Positions 28,751-37,315 of a stretch of 64,000 nucleotides of DNA are shown here, in pieces. The notes under the pieces were generated by a model. It searched no databases. It was not told the origin of the DNA and saw only the letters and a program-made list of their open reading frames with translations. A program made the translations under genes and the position numbers. Positions within the stretch are counted from its first letter, which is position 1. Every line of letters starts with the position of its first letter. Source of the stretch: Candidatus Omnitrophota bacterium (GTDB lineage Bacteria > Omnitrophota > Gorgyraeia > Gygaellales > Profunditerraquicolaceae); NCBI GenBank assembly GCA_030693145.1, contig JAUYBI010000049.1:7305-71304 (forward strand), read 5' to 3'.

Positions 28751-29215
28751 ATGCTCATTCTTGTAAAAAGTTATCTGTGTCTATTTAATAAAAATTGGTT
28801 TTTGGATGAATTGGTAAACGTTGATTTTAAGAGAGAATTACTTTCGAATTCTGGATTGCGAGAAGCTAATGAACAACATAAGAATGAAGCTAAAGATCGT
28901 CTGCGTCGCGATACAATAGAACGAAGAAAACTGCTTTATCAGAAAATGATACTTTCATTAGGCTGGATTTTGTTGGCAGCAGTCTCGGGATTGTTAATAT
29001 CGGTGTTCGGCTTCCATAGACAAATTTTTTATGAGAATAAATATGTCGGATTGTTATCTATATTTTGTTTTTCTTGGGCAACGCTTGCTCGCTTAGGATG
29101 GCAAGGGCAAACGTGTGCAGGAGATACTATTTTTGAGAAACTTGATGAAAATATTTTCTGGGTTTTGTATTTTTTTGGCACCCTATTTGGTGCTTTTTCA
29201 ATAATTGCGTCTTGA
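28751..29215 (+). CDS. small 3-TM membrane protein embedded between hsdM and hsdS
   Basis: 154 aa; charged N-terminal ~65 aa then three hydrophobic helices; starts 2 nt after hsdM stop. Confidence 0.5.
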   Translation: MLILVKSYLCLFNKNWFLDELVNVDFKRELLSNSGLREANEQHKNEAKDRLRRDTIERRKLLYQKMILSLGWILLAAVSGLLISVFGFHRQIFYENKYVGLLSIFCFSWATLARLGWQGQTCAGDTIFEKLDENIFWVLYFFGTLFGAFSIIAS

Positions 29216-29219
29216 TTAT

Positions 29220-30530
29220 ATGAAATATTATCCGGCATATAAAGATTCTAAAATTGAGTGGTTTCCTTCGATTCCTAAGCATTGGCAGCTTATTAAGCTA
29301 GGAAGAATAGGCCGTTTTTCTGCCAGCGGTATTGATAAGAAAAGCGATGCAAGCGAACTTCCCGTTAGGATGGTAAATTATACAAATGTTTATGGTAATT
29401 CTAGTTTAGAGATTAAGTTTTCGGAAAATTTAATGGAAACGACAACAACGTTAGAAAAAGTTAGGGAGCATAGTTTAAAAAAAGGAGACATGGTGTTTAC
29501 TCCAAGTTCTGAAACAGCCGAAGATATTGGTTTATCGGCTGTGGTTACAGCAGAGCTTCGTAATACTGTTTATAGCTATCATTTGATTCGTCTAAGGACT
29601 GGTGAGCGTTATAATCTGAATTTAGGGTTTAAGAAATATTTTTGCAATGTTCATGAAGTTTTGAGTCAATTTAGCAAAGCGTGTAAGGGAACGACGCGGC
29701 AAATCTTAGGTCGAGATGATTTTAAAGATATATTAATTCTGCTCCCACCAGTAAGCGAACAGAAAATAATTGCTGAGTATCTTAATCGCAAGGCCGCGCA
29801 GGTTGATGACTTGATTGCCAAAAAAGAGCGGATGATTGATCTTATCAAGGAGGAGCGGGCGGCGATCACCAATCGAGCAGTAACTAAAGGGCTTGATCCC
29901 AATGTCGAGATGAAAGATTCTGGCATTGAGTGGTTAGGCAAAATGCCGAAGCATTGGCAGATGAAAAGATTGAAATATTTAGTGTCCTTAGTTAATCAGC
30001 CGATTGAAGAGGTTAATGGAGCGGAACTGCGTATTGACTTAGAAAATCTTGAAAGCTGGACTGGAAAAACAATTGAGCTTGAGAGCCAAGATCAAAACAA
30101 CGAAGGAATGAAAAGTTTTGCTCCAGGGGACGTGTTGTTCAATAAATTGCGGCCATATCTTGCCAAAGTATATCGAGCAAAAAATTGTGGTGTTTGCGGC
30201 GGGGAACTCTTGGTTCTGCGTCCGACCACATTGATCGATCCGGATTTTCTTTTCTGTAGAGTCCTTTCAAGTGCTTTTATAAATGTGGTTGATGGTTCGA
30301 CCTACGGATCTAAAATGCCGAGGGCAAGTTGGGATTTTATTGGGAATCTCATTGTTCCATTTCCGAGCAAACCCGAACAAATTAAGATCGCAGAATACCT
30401 GCATCAGACCTTACAGAGAATGGATATAATTTTACAGAAATTGGGTTCGGAAATTGAATATTTAAGAGAATACCGCACCGCTTTGATTTCAGAAGTGGTA
30501 ACGGGAAAGATTGATGTGAGGGGGTTTTAG
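29220..30530 (+). CDS. hsdS: type I restriction-modification system specificity subunit HsdS
   Basis: Two target-recognition domains separated by conserved central/distal repeats (LPPVSEQKIIAEYLNRK ... PFPSKPEQIKIAEYLHQ). Confidence 0.85.
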   Translation: MKYYPAYKDSKIEWFPSIPKHWQLIKLGRIGRFSASGIDKKSDASELPVRMVNYTNVYGNSSLEIKFSENLMETTTTLEKVREHSLKKGDMVFTPSSETAEDIGLSAVVTAELRNTVYSYHLIRLRTGERYNLNLGFKKYFCNVHEVLSQFSKACKGTTRQILGRDDFKDILILLPPVSEQKIIAEYLNRKAAQVDDLIAKKERMIDLIKEERAAITNRAVTKGLDPNVEMKDSGIEWLGKMPKHWQMKRLKYLVSLVNQPIEEVNGAELRIDLENLESWTGKTIELESQDQNNEGMKSFAPGDVLFNKLRPYLAKVYRAKNCGVCGGELLVLRPTTLIDPDFLFCRVLSSAFINVVDGSTYGSKMPRASWDFIGNLIVPFPSKPEQIKIAEYLHQTLQRMDIILQKLGSEIEYLREYRTALISEVVTGKIDVRGF

Positions 30531-30532
30531 TC

Positions 30533-31507
30533 ATGAAAGATATAGTTAAGTCATTAAGAAATTCAGTATTTACAACATTTTTTTACATCTTGCTTGATTA
30601 TTATAAGAAACAACGTTCATGGTTTGATTATCTAATCATTTTTTTGATATTGAGTACAACTCTATTATTAGTTTCTTTAACTTGGAACGTAATTAAACAA
30701 TGGTATCTAGACTGGAGAAGAAAACACTTTCCTCGCGTGGGAATACTTAATGGGTCTATTAAATCTCGAACTGTCGAGCATCCATGCAGAAGACAGTGGA
30801 GTGAGATGACGCCGAGCATGTGGTTTGAACAATTAAAAAGGGATTTCAAGAAGCCCTTACTTAGCGAATTGATTCTAATACCAACGTCAGAAATTGACAA
30901 TTCTTGGAGTATAGTTATTAATCCGTTCGGAGAAAACTATCCCGAAGAAAATCCGCGTTTACTAAAAACTTTTAAAGAGATCTGTGAGTATATTAATAAA
31001 GGAGGAATATTTGTAGTAACTGGTAGCGCATTCTTTTATAATCAAAATACCTTTGCTACACCCCAGTCCGAGAGAGTAATAACGCATGTTATTGAAGGTG
31101 TGCAGTATCTTGAATATTCTGTTCTCACTCAAGAGTTTGGAGTTAAATATACAGGTAATATACATGATATTCAGAATAAAAAGGTGCTTTTTGAAGAACC
31201 GGTTGAGATAAATGTTACTCAAACGAGCGACATGGTTAAGATGTGGGGAGATTTATTGCAAGGGATTAACCATTTGAAGAGATTTAGGGCAGCTACTAGC
31301 GAAACTATCGATTATCTTCCTGTTATTATACAGGAAGGTGAGGATCAGTGGAATAAAGGCAAAAAAATATTTCCCATAGCTTTAATTCGATATGGCAAGG
31401 GGGCTTTGATACATGCAGGGTTGCACATACATTCATATAGTTGTGATGAATTTTTAGTTTTGAAGCGTTTAATCTTGAAATTGGCGAAGAATAAGTTTAC
31501 ATTCTGA
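30533..31507 (+). CDS. hypothetical protein with N-terminal TM helix, embedded between hsdS and hsdR
   Basis: 324 aa; TM LIIFLILSTTLLLVSLTW then ~270-aa soluble domain with no motif I can assign. Confidence 0.5.
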   Translation: MKDIVKSLRNSVFTTFFYILLDYYKKQRSWFDYLIIFLILSTTLLLVSLTWNVIKQWYLDWRRKHFPRVGILNGSIKSRTVEHPCRRQWSEMTPSMWFEQLKRDFKKPLLSELILIPTSEIDNSWSIVINPFGENYPEENPRLLKTFKEICEYINKGGIFVVTGSAFFYNQNTFATPQSERVITHVIEGVQYLEYSVLTQEFGVKYTGNIHDIQNKKVLFEEPVEINVTQTSDMVKMWGDLLQGINHLKRFRAATSETIDYLPVIIQEGEDQWNKGKKIFPIALIRYGKGALIHAGLHIHSYSCDEFLVLKRLILKLAKNKFTF

Positions 31508-31530
31508 TAATATAAATTAGGAGTTGCAAG

Positions 31531-34500
31531 GTGGGTATAACTAACGAAAAAGCTTTTGAAGACGCTATCGAACAAAGTTTGATGGATCCTGGCGGATATG
31601 TAAAAGGCGATCCGAATAATTTTAATCGGGATCTGGCGATTGATCAAATGGTTTTGTTTCAGTTTATCAAGGATACCCAGAAGAATGTTTGGGATAGCTT
31701 GGTGGCTATCCATGGCGCAGAGGTCGAGAAAAAGTTTTTATATCGCCTTAATCAAGAGCTGGATGCGCGCGGGATGCTTGATTGTTTGCGCCACGGATTC
31801 ACTGATTATGGCAAGAAATTCACACTCGCCTATTTTAAGCCAGTCAGCAAATTAAACCCGGAAACCCAAAAGTTATTCGATAGAAATATCCTCACCGTTA
31901 CCCGGCAGGTTCATTACAGCATCAAGGATGAAAGCTCGATTGATATGCTTTTGTCTGTCAACGGCCTTCCTGTGGCTACTATTGAATTAAAAAATCCATT
32001 TACCGGTCAGGATGTGGATGACGCCAAACGGCAATATAAATATGACCGCGACGAACGTGAGCTTTTATTTCAGTTTAAGAAGCGTGCCTTTGTCCATTTT
32101 GCTGTAGATACAGACGTCATTTACATGACCACGCGCCTTCAGGGGAGCAAGACAAAGTATCTGCCTTTCAATAAGGGCTATAACAAAGGTGCCGGGAATC
32201 CCCCGAATTCAAGCGGCCATAAGACATCGTATTTATGGGAAGCGGTCTTGGTAAAAGACAGCTGGATGGATATCTTAGGAAGATTTTTGCTTTTAGAAGT
32301 TGAGGAAAAGACGTTTGATGGTAGAAAGTTCAAGATTGAGACAATGATATTTCCACGTTATCACCAACTTGATAGCGTCCGGAAGCTTTCTTCCGATGCT
32401 CTCGCAAATGGAGCAGGAAAGAATTATTTAATTCAACATAGCGCTGGGAGTGGCAAGAGCAATTCTATCGCATGGCTTGCATATCATTTGGCTAGTCTTC
32501 ATGACAAAAACGATAAGAGGTTATTTGATTCGGTGATTGTGATCACCGATCGTATCGTTCTTGATAAACAATTACAAGATACGATTTATCAATTTGAACA
32601 TAAGTCTGGAGTGGTTGAAAAAATTGACAAAGATTCCGCCCAGCTGGCTCAGGCACTCACCAGTGGAACAAATATTATTATCACTACACTTCAAAAGTTT
32701 CCTTTTGTTTTGGATAAGGTTGGGGCACTGCCTAAGCGAAATTACGCGGTTATCGTAGATGAGGCGCATAGTTCGCAGGGTGGCGAATCCGCTAAAAAGA
32801 TGAAAGACGTTCTTTCGGCGGTTGATAAAATCGAGATCGTATCCGAGAAAATCGATGAGGATGACGATATAGAAGATGAAATCCGTGAATCTATGCTTAA
32901 ACGTGGCCCCCGGACGAATTTAAGTTTCTTTGGTTTTACGGCAACCCCAAAAGCAAAAACGCTGGAGTTTTTCGGGCAAAAGGGCATAGATGGAAAACCA
33001 CAACCATTTCATCTTTATTCTATGAGGCAGGCGATCGAAGAAAGATTTATTTTTGATGTTCTTGAAAACTACACCAGCTATCAAACTTTTTTCCAGTTAT
33101 CCAAGAAGATTGAAGACGATCCGAATATGAATAAGAAAAAGGCCGCTTGTGCGATCGCGCGTTTTTTAACACTACACCCCTATAACTTGGCACAGAAAAC
33201 CGAAGTCATGATTGAGCACTTCCGGCAGATCACTTTGAAAAAGATTGGCGGTAAGGCCAAGGCGATGGTCGTGACCGCTTCTCGCGAACACGTGGTGCGA
33301 TATAAACATGAGTTTGATCGGTATTTGAAAGAGAAAGGCTATAAAGATATCAAAGCTCTTGTGGCCTTTTCGGGTACAGTGCTTTTGGATGGTATTCCTC
33401 CGGAATATACCGAACCGGGAATGAATGGTTTTGGCGAAAAAGAACTGCCCCAAAAGTTTGCTACATCCGAATATCAGATTTTGCTTGTTGCGGAAAAGTA
33501 TCAGACCGGCTACGACGAGCCACTTTTACATACCATGTATGTGGACAAGCGGCTTGACGGCGTCAAGGCTGTGCAGACCATGAGCCGGTTAAATAGAACG
33601 TGTCCGGGGAAGGAAGATACTTTCATTTTGGACTTCGTTAATAAGCGCGAAGATATATTAGCGGCGTTTCAGCCGTATTACGAGCAGACACAGTTAAGCG
33701 ATGTTACGGATCCAAATAAGCTTTATGATCTCAAGACCAAACTGGATTCGTTTAAGGTGGTTTATCAATCAGATATCGATGCATTCTGTGCCGTATTTTT
33801 CAGGAATAAAGAATTACAGACGAAGCGCGAGCATGCTCAATTGAATTCAATAGTGGATGTGGCGGTTGAGCGGTTCAAGGCAATTGAAAAAGATGAGCAT
33901 AAAGAAGATTTTGCCAATACGCTGGGTGTTTTTGTTCGCTTGTACGCGTTTTTGGCGCAGATTATGCCATTTCAAGATATTGAACTTGAGAAATTCTATG
34001 CTTATTCCCGACTATTGTTGAAAAAACTTCCGGGGCCTGATGGTGGAGAAAGATATCATTTTGGTGATGAAGTCGCTCTTGAGTATTACCGCTTGCAAAA
34101 AATAGTTGATGGTAAGATTCAATTGCAAAAGGATTCAGGTGCGGCCATTGATCCTATTTCAGAAGCTGGGACGAAGAAGGATAAAGAAGAATACGCTTAC
34201 TTGTCAGAGATAATAAAGTTTTTAAATGACCGGTTTGGAACTGATTTTACCGAAGCTGACAAGCTATTTTTTGATCAGATAGAAGAAGAGATGGTTATGG
34301 ATGAGAAGTTGGGTGTTCAGGCTAAGGCTAACACAATTGATAATTTTAAATATGGATTTGATGACGTTTTTATTGCAAAACTCGTTGAGCGAATGGACCA
34401 GAATCAGGATATTTTTAACAAAATTATGGATGATAAAGTTTTTGCGGCAGTGGTGAAGGATTATTTATTAAAGAAGGTTTATGATCGTTTAAATAAAGAT

Positions 34501-35016
34501 AATAGTGGTTCGGCGGAAGGCATTTTATTTTTTAAGGATGTGATTACGAATGGAGATATTGATGATAATCGTAAATACATAAATTTTCTGCCGGTGTATT
34601 CCTTGCAGGCAGTAGCGACGTCTTTTAAAGAACAATCAACTCCTGAAGTTATTGGTTGGAAACCGATTAGCGGTCGGAAGATCAGCAAAGAAATGTTTAT
34701 TGCACAGGTAATAGGTAAATCTATGGAGCCGACTATTTCGGACGGGAGCTGGTGTTTATTTCGGTTTGAACGCGGAGGATCTCGTAATGGATTAGTGGTG
34801 CTTGTTGAGTCGCGTTTGGTTGCTGATCCTGAAACCAATCAAAAATTTACAATTAAACGTTACAAGAGTGAAAAGGAAGATCTTGGTAACGGTCAGTGGA
34901 GGCACAAAAAAATTATTTTATCCCCTGACAATAAAGATTTTAAGGATATTGTTCTTGAAAATATATCTGGGGAAGATTTTCGAGTTGTGGCAGAGTTTAT
35001 AGAAGCTTTTAAATAA
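31531..35016 (+). CDS. hsdR: type I restriction enzyme endonuclease subunit HsdR with C-terminal S24 (LexA-like) peptidase domain
   Basis: N-terminal PD-(D/E)XK nuclease (VATIELKNP), SF2 helicase motifs (QHSAGSGKS Walker A, VIVDEAHSS DEAH box, YQTGYDEP), then C-terminal ~130 aa with GKSMEPTISDGSWCLF ... FTIKRYK matching the S24 Ser/Lys dyad context (GDSMEPTI.DGD ... VKRL in LexA). Confidence 0.8.
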   Translation: MGITNEKAFEDAIEQSLMDPGGYVKGDPNNFNRDLAIDQMVLFQFIKDTQKNVWDSLVAIHGAEVEKKFLYRLNQELDARGMLDCLRHGFTDYGKKFTLAYFKPVSKLNPETQKLFDRNILTVTRQVHYSIKDESSIDMLLSVNGLPVATIELKNPFTGQDVDDAKRQYKYDRDERELLFQFKKRAFVHFAVDTDVIYMTTRLQGSKTKYLPFNKGYNKGAGNPPNSSGHKTSYLWEAVLVKDSWMDILGRFLLLEVEEKTFDGRKFKIETMIFPRYHQLDSVRKLSSDALANGAGKNYLIQHSAGSGKSNSIAWLAYHLASLHDKNDKRLFDSVIVITDRIVLDKQLQDTIYQFEHKSGVVEKIDKDSAQLAQALTSGTNIIITTLQKFPFVLDKVGALPKRNYAVIVDEAHSSQGGESAKKMKDVLSAVDKIEIVSEKIDEDDDIEDEIRESMLKRGPRTNLSFFGFTATPKAKTLEFFGQKGIDGKPQPFHLYSMRQAIEERFIFDVLENYTSYQTFFQLSKKIEDDPNMNKKKAACAIARFLTLHPYNLAQKTEVMIEHFRQITLKKIGGKAKAMVVTASREHVVRYKHEFDRYLKEKGYKDIKALVAFSGTVLLDGIPPEYTEPGMNGFGEKELPQKFATSEYQILLVAEKYQTGYDEPLLHTMYVDKRLDGVKAVQTMSRLNRTCPGKEDTFILDFVNKREDILAAFQPYYEQTQLSDVTDPNKLYDLKTKLDSFKVVYQSDIDAFCAVFFRNKELQTKREHAQLNSIVDVAVERFKAIEKDEHKEDFANTLGVFVRLYAFLAQIMPFQDIELEKFYAYSRLLLKKLPGPDGGERYHFGDEVALEYYRLQKIVDGKIQLQKDSGAAIDPISEAGTKKDKEEYAYLSEIIKFLNDRFGTDFTEADKLFFDQIEEEMVMDEKLGVQAKANTIDNFKYGFDDVFIAKLVERMDQNQDIFNKIMDDKVFAAVVKDYLLKKVYDRLNKDNSGSAEGILFFKDVITNGDIDDNRKYINFLPVYSLQAVATSFKEQSTPEVIGWKPISGRKISKEMFIAQVIGKSMEPTISDGSWCLFRFERGGSRNGLVVLVESRLVADPETNQKFTIKRYKSEKEDLGNGQWRHKKIILSPDNKDFKDIVLENISGEDFRVVAEFIEAFK

Positions 35017-35115
35017 TAATGAATAATCGTTTCTAATTTTTTTAAAAAACAGTGAAGTAAAGGGAAAACAATTTCTAGTTTCTACAGGTGTGCGAAGGAT
35101 TAAACAGGAGGAGAA

Positions 35116-36273
35116 ATGGCAGATATAAAAAGAGAGTATGAAGGAGATCATGAAGTAGAAGAAGAATATTTGGTTCTTGAATATGATATTACAGCTTCGC
35201 CAAATGATTTTAATATAAAAACCATATTTGATTTTATAGAATCTGGAGCTGTTATCATACCGGAATTTCAAAGGAATTATGTATGGGATATTAGGCGAGG
35301 ATCAAAATTTATCGAATCCCTTATTATGAACTTGCCTGTACCGCAAATTTTTCTCTATGAATCAGGGAGAAATAAATTCAAAGTTATTGATGGACAGCAA
35401 AGATTAATGACAATTTATTATTTTATGAAAAAGAGGTTCCCTTGGAAAGAAAAAAGAATGGAGCTGCGGCGTATCTTTGATAAAGCAGGGAAAATTCCTC
35501 CTGAGGTGTTAGCTGATGATAAATTCTTTTCAGATTTTAACCTCAAATTAGAAAGTAGCGTTGAGGGAGTGACTAGTAGATTAAATGGTTTGAACTATGA
35601 TACGCTCAAGGATTACAAAACCTCTTTTGACCTACGTACTATTAGGAATATTATTGTTAAACAAACTAAGCCAGAAGATGATGATTCTTCTATGTATGAA
35701 ATATTTACAAGATTAAACTCTGGTGGGATTAATTTAACTCCTCAAGAAATTCGTGCGTGTATGTTTCATTCTGATTTCTATGATACATTACATAAAGTTA
35801 ATTTAGATGAGCGTTGGAGAAAAATAATTGGCTCGAAAGATCCAGATCTTCATTTAAAGGATGTAGAGATCCTATTAAGGAGTTATGCTGCGTTAATAAA
35901 AGGAGAAAACTATGCTCCTCCCATGACAAAGTTTCTTAATACATTTTCAAAAGAACGTGAAAAGGAAACTCGTAAAAGCTTAGATTATTACGAAAAATTA
36001 TTTTATTCATTTTTGGATTATTGTTCAGAACTTCGAGAAAAATCTTTCTTTGGTAAAACTGGAAAGTTTAATATTTCTCTTTTTGAAGCTGTTTTCTATG
36101 CAATTTGCGAAAAATCTTATAAAAAGCATTCTTTAGTTGAGGGGAAGATCGAGGCAATAAAATTAAATAGATTAAAAAGAGACAAACAGTTTACGGGTGC
36201 TTCTCAAATGCGTTTATCAAGTAAACAAAATGTCGCTATTCGCCTTGATCGCGCAAGGAAGATTATATTATAA
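35116..36273 (+). CDS. DUF262 (ParB/Srx-like nuclease domain) protein
   Basis: PEFQRNYVW and KVIDGQQRLMTIYYF (DGQQR) motifs diagnostic of DUF262. Confidence 0.8.
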   Translation: MADIKREYEGDHEVEEEYLVLEYDITASPNDFNIKTIFDFIESGAVIIPEFQRNYVWDIRRGSKFIESLIMNLPVPQIFLYESGRNKFKVIDGQQRLMTIYYFMKKRFPWKEKRMELRRIFDKAGKIPPEVLADDKFFSDFNLKLESSVEGVTSRLNGLNYDTLKDYKTSFDLRTIRNIIVKQTKPEDDDSSMYEIFTRLNSGGINLTPQEIRACMFHSDFYDTLHKVNLDERWRKIIGSKDPDLHLKDVEILLRSYAALIKGENYAPPMTKFLNTFSKEREKETRKSLDYYEKLFYSFLDYCSELREKSFFGKTGKFNISLFEAVFYAICEKSYKKHSLVEGKIEAIKLNRLKRDKQFTGASQMRLSSKQNVAIRLDRARKIIL

Positions 36274-36282
36274 AATTTTCAT

Positions 36283-36798
36283 ATGGACAATTCCCCAATT
36301 GATAAGTTATATTTTGAAACTAAGTCGATATTGGATTTTCTTGAAAGAAATAATGAATTATCATTTAAAAGTGATATTGATAATATGTTTAAAAGATATT
36401 TATTATTGGTTTCAGGAGGTTATTTTGAAGAATGCATAACGAATATTTTACTGAATCTTGTATCTAAAAACGTAGATAACAAACTTATCATTGAATTTTT
36501 AAAGAATAAAGGTATTAAAAGACAATACCATACTTATTTTGATTGGGAATCTATTAATGCAAATCAATTCTTTAGTTTGTTTGGGGAAGAATTCAAGGAA
36601 AAGATGAGTCAAGAAGTTAATAATAAAGAAACATTGAAGGTTTCGATAAAAGATTTTATACAAATAGGGCATGCTAGGAATTTACTTGCTCATAAAAATG
36701 CTACTTTAGTTAATCTAGATAAGACTTCGGAAGAAACATATGCTCAATACAAGAGTGCAGAGGAGTTTATTAGTTTTCTTCAAGAGCAACTTTTATAA
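36283..36798 (+). CDS. HEPN-domain protein (Abi/RiboL-PSP-like)
   Basis: 171 aa alpha-helical; C-terminal GHARNLLAHKN = R-[N]-x3-H HEPN catalytic motif. Confidence 0.55.
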   Translation: MDNSPIDKLYFETKSILDFLERNNELSFKSDIDNMFKRYLLLVSGGYFEECITNILLNLVSKNVDNKLIIEFLKNKGIKRQYHTYFDWESINANQFFSLFGEEFKEKMSQEVNNKETLKVSIKDFIQIGHARNLLAHKNATLVNLDKTSEETYAQYKSAEEFISFLQEQLL

Positions 36799-36823
36799 AT
36801 TTTAAATTTAACAAAAATAATGC

Positions 36824-36852
36824 TTGACAGATGTAATTACATATGGTAACAT
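36824..36852 (+). promoter_or_regulatory. promoter TTGACA-17-TAACAT overlapping palindromic operator TGTAATTACA
   Basis: TTGACA 36824-36829, TAACAT 36847-36852, perfect 10-bp palindrome 36832-36841 in the spacer; upstream of XRE gene. Confidence 0.55.
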
Positions 36853-36878
36853 GGGACTAAGCTAAGATAAGGGGAAAG

Positions 36879-37073
36879 ATGACGACGATTGATAGGCAAA
36901 AATTCGCGAGAGCAATTAAGAGGTATAGAGAAGAGAAGGATCTTACTCAGAAGGAATTAGCGGGTAAGTTGATGACTACAACTACAACAGTTGCGCGGTG
37001 GGAATTGGGGATGAGCGTGCCGAAACAAGACAGGGTGATTCAGGAGATAAAGGCATTAGGTATTAACTGGTAA
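36879..37073 (+). CDS. XRE-family HTH transcriptional regulator
   Basis: 64 aa; LTQKELAGKLMTTTTTVARWELG HTH_3 pattern. Confidence 0.75.
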   Translation: MTTIDRQKFARAIKRYREEKDLTQKELAGKLMTTTTTVARWELGMSVPKQDRVIQEIKALGINW

Positions 37074-37099
37074 ATTTTTTTGTCCTTTGAGATTACAAG

Positions 37100-37109
37100 T
37101 GTAATTACA
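37100..37109. promoter_or_regulatory. second copy of TGTAATTACA palindromic operator
   Basis: Identical 10-bp palindrome between XRE gene and xis-like gene. Confidence 0.5.
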
Positions 37110-37135
37110 TACGATATAAGGAAAGGAGTGGCGAC

Positions 37136-37315
37136 ATGGATAGATTATTAACGCCGGAGGAAGTTTGTCAGAGGTATAGCATTAAAAAGAATACGTTTTA
37201 TCAGTGGACTTCAAAAAATTTAATACCATACCTCAAAAGAGGCGGCTTACGTTTTAAGGCGGATGAGCTTGAGAAATGGGAGAGCGGAGAGGTAAACAAT
37301 GTTAAATTAATATGA
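37136..37315 (+). CDS. excisionase-family DNA-binding protein (Xis/AlpA-like)
   Basis: 59 aa (below ORF-track cutoff): MDRLLTPEEVCQRYSIKKNTFYQWTSKNLIPYLKRGGLRFKADELEKWESG; RBS AAGGAAAGGAG; stop overlaps integrase ATG (ATGA). Confidence 0.65.
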   Translation: MDRLLTPEEVCQRYSIKKNTFYQWTSKNLIPYLKRGGLRFKADELEKWESGEVNNVKLI

